Source: Candidatus Methylomirabilis sp. (GTDB taxonomy: Bacteria > Patescibacteriota > Patescibacteriia > 2-12-FULL-60-25). Taken from it: 34,205 bases of DNA. Shown here in pieces: positions 12,151 to 19,420 of the stretch. The notes below the pieces were generated by a model. The model was not told where the DNA came from. It searched no databases and saw nothing but the letters and a program-made list of their open reading frames with translations. A program made the translations under genes and the position numbers. The DNA is taken from contig DATMXG010000020.1 of assembly GCA_035561755.1 (NCBI GenBank), positions 1 to 34,205 on the forward strand, read 5' to 3'. Within the stretch, counting starts at the first letter, position 1. Every line of letters starts with the position of its first letter.

Positions 12151-12230
12151 CGCGGGTCCGTTTGTCGAAAGACTGCACCGGACCTGTCCGCCATATCGGC
12201 GGAGAGCGCACATCGAAAAGGACAGAGACG

Positions 12231-13856
12231 ATGAGATATGCCATCAGCCACGCACTGCTCGGCACGAGTTACGTCGCCACGCTCCACGACGATCCCTCGG
12301 TGATACCGGACGTCACGCGCTTGCGCGACGACGCGTCCAAGGAGGAGTTCCTCCTCGTGACGCTCAAGCCCGGCGACACGCTCTTCACGGATTTGGGCGG
12401 CGCCACCGACAAGGTCGCGCTCGTGGCAACGGTCCGCGGAGCGGAAGTCCACCGCATCCCCACGTTCCGCCTCGGCAACAAGGCATCGTACGCGAAGGAC
12501 GCGGAGGCCAGGGGCTGGACGATCGAAGACGAACCCTCACACGGCAATGAGACGAGCGACGAGCTCACCGTGCGCAAGGCGCGCGCCATTGCCACCGCGA
12601 TCGCCGCGGTCGAAAGGACGGGCGACTTCGTGCACCAGCGCGACGAGGACCAGACGCTCCTGCTCGTAAAGCAGGAGTACCGTTCCTTCCGCATGATGCA
12701 GAAGGTGCTCCTCGCCAACACCCAGCGCCTGCTCTCCACGTACAACGACCGCTACCTCCTCGAGCTCGCGCGCGAGGTGAAGCCCGAAGACGCAGCCGGG
12801 CTGCTCTCCGGAAACAAGGTGAGCACGAAGGCCGCGAAGAAGGCCATCGAGGCGCTGCTCGTGGACATCCCCGAGCACGAGCGCGGCGCGTTCATGCAGA
12901 AGCTGGGGCTCGACAAGCTCGAGGCGAAGAAGATGATCCCGCGCACGGCCGTGAAGGGCATGTTCGCAAAGATCATCGAGGCGCTCCTCGAGGCCGGTCC
13001 CATGAGCCCGTTCATGACGGCCATGAAGGAGACCGAGAAGAGCATCCAGAAGCGACTGAAGGGCCACGCGGTATTCTGCACGGTCTTCGAGCCGATCCCC
13101 GGCTGCGGTCCGCGCATCGCCGCGCGCATGCTGGCCGCGATCGTGGACATCCGGCGGTTCGAGAGCATTCCCGCGCTCAAGGCCTACGCCGGCTACCACC
13201 ACTTCGAAGACGGCTCGCGCGCACGCAGGCGCGCCGGCAAAGTGTCGAACTGGAACACGGAGCTGAAGCAGGCCGTGTTCCTCTGGACCGAGCAGACGCT
13301 CAAGATGCCGGCCTCGCCCTGGCGCGAGAAGCTCGACAGGCGACGCGCCTACGAGCTCTACAAGATCCTGAAGGATCGGCAGAGCAAGGCCGTAGCGGAC
13401 GGTCTCGGCTACGAGATCATGCCGGTCGAGTTCACGACCCGCTCAATCGCGTGCGTGAACGACGTCACGGTGGCGGACCTCGCGATCCTGAACGCCCATG
13501 TGGACGCGCTCCGCAAGGCAGCAGGCATCAAGCCGCAGAAGACCGACGAGGAGAGCGAGGAGGGCGAAGGCGAGGACTCCGAGGCTGCCATCGCTGCCAA
13601 GGATCCCAAGCTCGCGCGTCTCGTGCGCGGCGTGAAGATGCAGGGGCTCCTGAAGGCCAAGCGTTGGCTCGGCCAGCAGCTCCTGAAGCACATCTTCAGG
13701 TCGTGGCGCGCCACGCTCGGCCTGCCCGAGTTCCCGGCCACAGTGAAGTCGGCTCCGACCGCAGGCGCAGGCAACGCGACTCCCTCGCCGGAGGCGAGTG
13801 CGCCTTTGGCGCAGAAGGCTCTGACCGAAGCCCCGGCTCCCGCTCCTGCGGAGTGA
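12231..13856 (+). CDS. IS110/IS116-related Nop-domain RNA-guided protein (Tas-like) with degenerate RuvC-like N-terminus
   Basis: IPGCGPRIAARMLAAIVDIRRFESIPALKAYAGY..DGSRARRRAGKVSNWNTELK resembles the Transposase_20/Nop domain; coiled coil precedes it; ATG 12231 has AAGGA upstream and lies downstream of the promoter (541 aa). Confidence 0.8.
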   Translation: MRYAISHALLGTSYVATLHDDPSVIPDVTRLRDDASKEEFLLVTLKPGDTLFTDLGGATDKVALVATVRGAEVHRIPTFRLGNKASYAKDAEARGWTIEDEPSHGNETSDELTVRKARAIATAIAAVERTGDFVHQRDEDQTLLLVKQEYRSFRMMQKVLLANTQRLLSTYNDRYLLELAREVKPEDAAGLLSGNKVSTKAAKKAIEALLVDIPEHERGAFMQKLGLDKLEAKKMIPRTAVKGMFAKIIEALLEAGPMSPFMTAMKETEKSIQKRLKGHAVFCTVFEPIPGCGPRIAARMLAAIVDIRRFESIPALKAYAGYHHFEDGSRARRRAGKVSNWNTELKQAVFLWTEQTLKMPASPWREKLDRRRAYELYKILKDRQSKAVADGLGYEIMPVEFTTRSIACVNDVTVADLAILNAHVDALRKAAGIKPQKTDEESEEGEGEDSEAAIAAKDPKLARLVRGVKMQGLLKAKRWLGQQLLKHIFRSWRATLGLPEFPATVKSAPTAGAGNATPSPEASAPLAQKALTEAPAPAPAE

Positions 13857-13863
13857 TCAGTCT

Positions 13864-14627
13864 CGGGTTGGCGACTAGAGGACGCCTAGTCTTAGCGACT
13901 TTCCGGCTACTGTCGCCAACCCGTTCGTTCGTTCTTGTGAGGACTGTACTGGGCCTGTCTGCAAGACTGCGGGATGGCTGTCCTCACTCCTGTCCCGTCC
14001 TATCTTGAAAAAGGTGGGACGGGATCTCTTTCACACGCATGATCTATTCTCGTGCGCGTAAAAGGGAGAGAACTGCTTGATGTGTGTTAATAACTCATGG
14101 TTGAGTGTCCTTTCCCGTCTCTTCAGCGCGGCTCATGCAGGCGTGTCGACAGACTCCCAGGCCTGTGCCGCGCACACTTTTCCGCGAGAGGATTCATGGA
14201 GCGGTGTCGGAAGACAAGGTTGCCAGTATCCTCTCGCTCCTTCCTTGCTCCGACCACGAGTTCGAAGCAGAGAAGGGGTGACTTTTCGAGTCGCGTTTCA
14301 CGACTTCGCGAGCGCTGTCATCCCGCACATTTGAGAGGACTCGATTGCCCCTGTTAATCAACTGGATCTCCGGTGTCCTCTCTCTTCTATAAATGGGCCT
14401 AGATGTGGATTGTCGCGTTTGTGCGACTTAAGCTCGTCTGGCCCTCTGCCCCGCCTGCATGCAGGCGGGGCCACTTTCATGTTTCATGACTTGTTCGTGG
14501 ATCGCGAAGGGGAGGACTAGGTGTGCGGTGTCGATAGTCCACTGAGGGATTGTCCTCCCCACACTTTTTCTTCGCGAGAGGGCTTTGGAAGAGCTGTCGA
14601 AAGACTATCAGTGCGTTGTCCTCTCGC
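13864..14627 (+). ncRNA. Downstream dual-spacer stem-loop guide-RNA array (TIGR-like), 10 units
   Basis: Units start at 13864, 13937, 14064, 14126, 14184, 14275, 14333, 14395, 14509, 14574; same architecture as the upstream array. Confidence 0.85.
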
Positions 14628-14630
14628 TCG

Positions 14631-14664
14631 CCCCGTCCCGCAATGCGGGACGGGGTTTCCTTTT
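14631..14664 (+). terminator. Intrinsic terminator ending the downstream array
   Basis: CCCCGTCCCGC-AAT-GCGGGACGGGG followed by TTTCCTTTT. Confidence 0.8.
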
Positions 14665-14711
14665 CTATACGAAATCAGCCGCCCCGTGAGGTACGGGACG
14701 GCTGTTGCGTT

Positions 14712-15203
14712 TTAGACCGACAAGGGGGGAGGGAGGCTCTGCTCGCGGACGTCCGCGAGAAACGCGGGAAGGAACTCCTTGAGTTGCCGGATGGCGTCTT
14801 CGTGGTCCGTGAACGGAATCTCGTGCCACACCGACGGGTTGCCGCGCACGAGGCGCGACACGCGGCGCTGGTCCATACGCTCCTTCTCGAACAGGAGTAC
14901 CACGGGCTTGTACGCATGAAACGCCATCTCGATTTCGATTCCCACGCCTAACGACGGCATACCCACGTAGGCGATCACGAGGTACGACAGCGTCACGGCC
15001 GTCCGGTCGATACGGTCCACGTCCTGCGGCGACTTATTCCGGTGCAACGCCGGATCGCTGAACCTGTGAGGAAGGTACGCGCTGAATCCGTACTCCTCGC
15101 ATACGGCGCCTACCCACTCGTAGAACATGCGGAGCCTTGCGCGTTCCGTGTCTTCCATGTCCGAAAGCGCGCCAGAAATGTACACCATCCGTTTCTCGCT
15201 CAT
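14712..15203 (-). CDS. Nucleoside 2-deoxyribosyltransferase / dNMP N-glycosidase-like protein
   Basis: VYISGAL, YLPH, D..AV, PSLGVGIEIEMA..KPVVLL motifs. Confidence 0.8.
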   Translation of the reverse strand: MSEKRMVYISGALSDMEDTERARLRMFYEWVGAVCEEYGFSAYLPHRFSDPALHRNKSPQDVDRIDRTAVTLSYLVIAYVGMPSLGVGIEIEMAFHAYKPVVLLFEKERMDQRRVSRLVRGNPSVWHEIPFTDHEDAIRQLKEFLPAFLADVREQSLPPPLSV

Positions 15204-15361
15204 GTAACACTCTCCGTGTGTAACCCGCGGTGCGCGGGGGAGGGTACGGGCGGGTCATAAACCTTCCCGTACGGCGCCACGGTACATGAGGTACGCACAG
15301 GGTCAAATAGACGTCCGGAGTCCACCCTTCTGTCATTCGACGCTCGTACCCAATACGCCCT

Positions 15362-15964
15362 CCTCCCCTCCGTCATCCTGAGCGAGGTCGCCGCGACATG
15401 GTGACAGAAGCGCAAGGCAGCTTGGCGGCCGAACGAAGGATCTCTTGTGTACCACAACGTCACCCGAACCTATTCATCCAAACGAGCCGCTATGTCCTAT
15501 TTCCTGCTGCGTTGCGATTGGTTTTGATACGCCGTTTCCCGTATTTCATCCACGGCGTACCATCCACGTGCAAGATCAGCCCACGTGGGGTTCTTCTGTC
15601 TGATCAAGCGAAGTTTCTTTTCTCGTAACCATCCCTTGAGTTCCTTTTCCCGAGCAATCGCCTGTGCCATGTCGTCATATTGTTCGACGTACACGAGCTT
15701 GTGACATTGATAGCGCCATGTGAAACCAGCGTGAAAATTCGTTTTATGCTCGAAGACCCGACTGAATAGGTCGTTCGTCACGCCAATGTATATCGTTCCC
15801 CATCTATTCGCCATGATGTATACGGCATTCATTCCATCCTCGAGCATAGGTGGTGATTAAGGGTAAGTGCATGCTGTACAAGAGATCCTTCGTTCGGTCG
15901 ACGAGGAACTACGTCTTTCTTCCAATCTCTCGCGTCGACCTCGCTCAGGATGACGGAGGGGGAG
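15362..15964. mobile_element. GIY-YIG gene cassette bounded by long inverted repeats
   Basis: 15362-15447 (CCCTCCGTCATCCTGAGCGAGGTCG...CGAACGAAGGATCTCTTG) is inverted relative to 15878-15964. Confidence 0.7.
15497..15847 (-). CDS. GIY-YIG nuclease family protein
   Basis: VYIMAN..TIYIGVTNDL..RVFEH..FT.RY....LVYVE..AIAREKELKGW.R.KK; real start may be 15832. Confidence 0.93.
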   Translation of the reverse strand: MLEDGMNAVYIMANRWGTIYIGVTNDLFSRVFEHKTNFHAGFTWRYQCHKLVYVEQYDDMAQAIAREKELKGWLREKKLRLIRQKNPTWADLARGWYAVDEIRETAYQNQSQRSRK

Positions 15965-16099
15965 CGTAACCCTGAACGCACGTGAGTCATGTGTGACGTC
16001 CAGACGAAAGAATGCTGGGCGGTGGGAGGGGATATACTATTCAGTCTCAAACCGCACGCCGCTTGTCAATGGCGATAACAAAGCGTAAAACTGACGCAC

Positions 16100-17914
16100 A
16101 TGGACGCCGCGCAGGAGGTGAAATCGAAACTGGATGTTGCCGACATCGTCGGTGAATATTTAACGCTCAAGCCGGCCGGAAGCGGGAGTTTCAGGGCGCT
16201 TTGTCCGTTCCATCAGGAGAAGACGCCAAGCTTTTATGTGAACCGGCCGCGGCAGTCCTGGCACTGCTTCGGGTGCGACACGGGCGGGGATCTCATCTCG
16301 TTCGTGATGCGGATGGAGGGAATGGAGTTTCCGGAAGCGCTCGAACACCTGGCCACCAAAGCCGGCGTGCAGCTCCCCGCATTCGATCCGCAGAAGTCCG
16401 GCGAACGGAAACGGCTGTTCGAAGTGAACGACCTGGCCGCGAAATTCTTCCGCGCCGTGCTCCTGTCATCGCCGGACGCGGAGCACGCGCGGCAGTACGC
16501 GGCGTCCCGTCACATCGACGACCTCACGGGCGACCTTTTCCGGATCGGCTACGCGCCGCAGAGTTGGGACGCCCTGTCCGTCGCGCTCCGATCCAGGGGT
16601 ATAACAGACGACGAGATGCTGAAGGCCGGTCTCGTTGCAAAAAGCGAACGCAAAGAAGGTGTCTACGACCGGTTCCGCGACCGGCTCATGTTCGCGATCC
16701 AGGACGTGCACGGAAACGTGGTTGGTTTCACGGGCCGTCTGCTCGCCGTAGACGCGAAAGAAGCGAAGTACGTAAACACGCCAGAGACCGCCGTCTACCG
16801 AAAATCCGCAGTGCTGTACGGACTCGACAAGGCGAAAGGCGACATCAAGCAGAAGGACCTCGCGGTGATTGTGGAGGGCAACATGGACGTGGTGTCGAGC
16901 CATCGCGCAGGCATCACGAACGTGATCTGCTCGAGCGGCACGGCGTTGACCGAGGAACAGCTCAAACTCGTGTCACGCTTTACGAAGCATCTCGCGATCG
17001 CGTTCGACGCGGATGCGGCAGGGGGCGCCGCCACGCTGCGCGGCTTGGACCTAGCGCGCACACAGGACTTCAGCGTGAAGATCATCACGTTGCCGCCCGA
17101 GGCGGGGAAAGATCCCGACGATGCGGTCACGAAAGACCCGAACCTGTGGCGGCACGCCATCGCCGACGCAACGGACGTTATGGACTGGGTGTTTCGGAAC
17201 GCATTCAAGAACCGCAACCTGTCGGTTCCGGACGACAAGAAACGGATCGCCGCAGACATCCTCCCGGAAATCCGCCGCATCGCCGACCCCATCGTGCGAG
17301 ACCACTGGGTGAAAAAACTGGCGGACGCGCTCGGAGTGGGGGAGGAAGCGTTGAGGGAAGCATTGGGAAAGGTGCGGACGCTCACGGGTGTCGGGACCCC
17401 CCTCGGCTTCGCTCGGGGCAAGCTACCGACAGCCGATACCCGACACCCGAATTCTGTTGCCTTCAACGCCCCAGACCGTGCCCGCGACCTATCAGAGCGC
17501 ATCCTTGCGATCCTCCTGAAGCACCCGGAACTTGGCTCAACCATCACGTCGGATATCGCCGGAATCCTGCCGGAAGACTTATCCACCCTTTACACTGCGC
17601 TTGAACGCGCGTACAATCTGGCCGAGCAAAACGAGTCTAGGGATCCATCCGCATTCCTCGCGCGTCTCTCGGATGGACTGAATGAAACGCAACGCGGCCT
17701 TGTAGACGTTCTCGTGATCCGCGTCGATCGCGACTTCGAAGATCAAACGCTCACGACTCTGGGTCATGAACTCCTGAACGGTATCGCGCACCTCCGAAAT
17801 CTGGTGAAATCGACGGAGCGGAAACAGCTCGAAGAAGACATGCGCCAGGCCGAGCTCGCAGACGACCGCGAACGTATCCATGAACTTGAGCGACGCTTTA
17901 AAGAACTGACGTAA
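16100..17914 (+). CDS. dnaG: DNA primase
   Basis: CPFH..EKTPSF..CFGC zinc finger, DRFRDR, KYVNTPET, TOPRIM VEG.MD and FDADAAG, KDPD. Confidence 0.98.
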   Translation: MDAAQEVKSKLDVADIVGEYLTLKPAGSGSFRALCPFHQEKTPSFYVNRPRQSWHCFGCDTGGDLISFVMRMEGMEFPEALEHLATKAGVQLPAFDPQKSGERKRLFEVNDLAAKFFRAVLLSSPDAEHARQYAASRHIDDLTGDLFRIGYAPQSWDALSVALRSRGITDDEMLKAGLVAKSERKEGVYDRFRDRLMFAIQDVHGNVVGFTGRLLAVDAKEAKYVNTPETAVYRKSAVLYGLDKAKGDIKQKDLAVIVEGNMDVVSSHRAGITNVICSSGTALTEEQLKLVSRFTKHLAIAFDADAAGGAATLRGLDLARTQDFSVKIITLPPEAGKDPDDAVTKDPNLWRHAIADATDVMDWVFRNAFKNRNLSVPDDKKRIAADILPEIRRIADPIVRDHWVKKLADALGVGEEALREALGKVRTLTGVGTPLGFARGKLPTADTRHPNSVAFNAPDRARDLSERILAILLKHPELGSTITSDIAGILPEDLSTLYTALERAYNLAEQNESRDPSAFLARLSDGLNETQRGLVDVLVIRVDRDFEDQTLTTLGHELLNGIAHLRNLVKSTERKQLEEDMRQAELADDRERIHELERRFKELT

Positions 17915-17986
17915 GTTTGCAGGTTTGAACGCCTGTCGTCCTCGAGCGCCGAGCACCGTGAGGTGCAACGGGTAGTCCCGATGACG

Positions 17987-18016
17987 ACGAACGTACGAAC
18001 GTACGAACATACGAAC
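17987..18016 (+). repeat. Short tandem repeat of ACGAACGT (about 3.7 copies)
   Basis: ACGAACGTACGAACGTACGAACATACGAAC between dnaG and rpoD. Confidence 0.6.
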
Positions 18017-18095
18017 CTGACCGGTCTGATACCGGGGCTATGGTGATCCCGCCAACGGCGGGACACTCCAGCTCGCGCCCAGACTGCCAGAACCC

Positions 18096-19373
18096 ATGTC
18101 ATCCCTCGCAAAGAAAAAGAAGATCGCCTCCGTACAGGCGAAATCCCGAATGTTGGCGAATGCCCGCCGCATCGCAAAAAAGTCGCTCAAGCGACCGGCG
18201 CCCGTGCAGAGATCGAAGTCGAAAGGCAAGCAGTTGCCGAAGGGGAAGCAGCAATTCAAGAAACCGGCGTACGTGAAGGTGCCGCCGCCAGCTGCCGAGA
18301 CGCTCGACAAGCTGTTCGACAAAGCGCGCACGCGTAATTTTATTACGGACCAGGAGCTCATCTACGCATTCCCGTACATCGAAGACTATATCCCGGTGTA
18401 TGAATCGTTCATCGACCGTTTGGACGCTGCCGGGGTAGGGGTCATCGAGCAGAAGGAGGGGATTCTCGGTCGCCAGCCAGAACGGCACGATATCCTCACA
18501 AAAATGCACAGCGCGGACGAGGCCCGCATGAAAGTGGATCCGTTCGAGCTCACGGCTGACTCCATCCAGATGTACCTGCGCGAGATCGGAAAAATTCCGC
18601 TTCTCACGGCCGAAGAGGAAGTAGCGCTCGCGAAACGCAAGGAGAAGGGAGAGAAGGACGCCGAGAAAAAGCTTATCGAGGCCAACCTGCGCCTCGTGGT
18701 TTCGATCGCGAAGAAGTTCATCGGCAAGTCGCTCTCGCTGCTTGACCTGATCCAGGAAGGGAACATCGGCTTGTTTCGCGCCGTAAAAAAATTCGAGTAC
18801 CGCAAAGGGTACAAGTTTTCCACGTACGCTACCTGGTGGATCCGTCAGGCGATCACGCGCGCGCTCGCGGACCAGAGCCGCACCATTCGTATCCCCGTGC
18901 ACATGGTGGAGACGATCAACAAGTTCCAGCAGGTGGAGCGCCAGCTCATCCAGGACCTCGGCCGTGAGCCGCTTCCCGAAGAAATTGCCGCGGAAATGGG
19001 CGAGGAAGTGGATAAAGTTCGCCACATTATCAAGATCTCGCAGGACACCGTGAGCCTCGAGACCTCTGTCGGCGAGGACGACGAGGACTCCACGCTGGAA
19101 GACTTCATTGAAGATGTAAAGAACGTGGCGCCCGATCGCGCGGCCGCGCTCCAGCTACTCAAAGACTACGTGTGCGACATCATCAAAGATCTGAACCCAC
19201 GCGAGCAGAAGATCCTCGAGATGCGCTTCGGCCTCGTGGACGGCGTCTCGCACACCCTCGAAGAAGTCGGTAAGGAATTCGACGTCACGCGCGAGCGCAT
19301 CCGCCAGATTGAAGCCAAGGCCCTCGAGAAGATACAGCAGCACCCCATGATCAAACGCCTCGTGGATTACTAA
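18096..19373 (+). CDS. rpoD: Primary RNA polymerase sigma factor RpoD/SigA
   Basis: [47 protein letters not shown]; follows dnaG. Confidence 0.98.
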   Translation: MSSLAKKKKIASVQAKSRMLANARRIAKKSLKRPAPVQRSKSKGKQLPKGKQQFKKPAYVKVPPPAAETLDKLFDKARTRNFITDQELIYAFPYIEDYIPVYESFIDRLDAAGVGVIEQKEGILGRQPERHDILTKMHSADEARMKVDPFELTADSIQMYLREIGKIPLLTAEEEVALAKRKEKGEKDAEKKLIEANLRLVVSIAKKFIGKSLSLLDLIQEGNIGLFRAVKKFEYRKGYKFSTYATWWIRQAITRALADQSRTIRIPVHMVETINKFQQVERQLIQDLGREPLPEEIAAEMGEEVDKVRHIIKISQDTVSLETSVGEDDEDSTLEDFIEDVKNVAPDRAAALQLLKDYVCDIIKDLNPREQKILEMRFGLVDGVSHTLEEVGKEFDVTRERIRQIEAKALEKIQQHPMIKRLVDY

Positions 19374-19375
19374 CT

Positions 19376-19420
19376 CGTCACCCTGAGCGAGTCCCGCCGT
19401 AGGCGGGACGAGCCGAAGGC
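19376..19420. repeat. Short REP-like element right after rpoD, related to the GTCATCCTGAGC family
   Basis: CGTCACCCTGAGCGAGTCCCGCCGTAGGCGGGACGAGCCGAAGG with internal hairpin. Confidence 0.55.

Noticed and set aside
12162-12230. ORF-track start for the 564-aa protein
   Set aside because: The TTG start lies only 11 nt after the -10 box and inside the leader hairpin; ATG 12231 has an RBS and begins the domain
12231-13856. Ordinary active IS110 transposase
   Set aside because: Catalytic DEDD and SSG motifs are not evident, the protein has large inserts, and it is flanked by multi-unit arrays rather than a single bridge RNA
14134-14143. Spacer 17A (CATGCAGGCG) matches the array palindrome
   Set aside because: Partner spacer 17B does not match adjacent sequence, so self-targeting is unsupported
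11036-14627. CRISPR array interpretation
   Set aside because: No identical 25-40 nt direct repeats with 30-40 nt spacers and no cas genes; the variable parts are paired 10-mers inside hairpins
16201-17604. Long alternative-frame and antisense ORFs over dnaG and other genes
   Set aside because: Typical shadow ORFs of GC-rich coding DNA with no motifs
18096-18290. Lys-rich N-terminus of RpoD as a novelty
   Set aside because: Basic low-complexity extensions are common in primary sigma factors of several lineages
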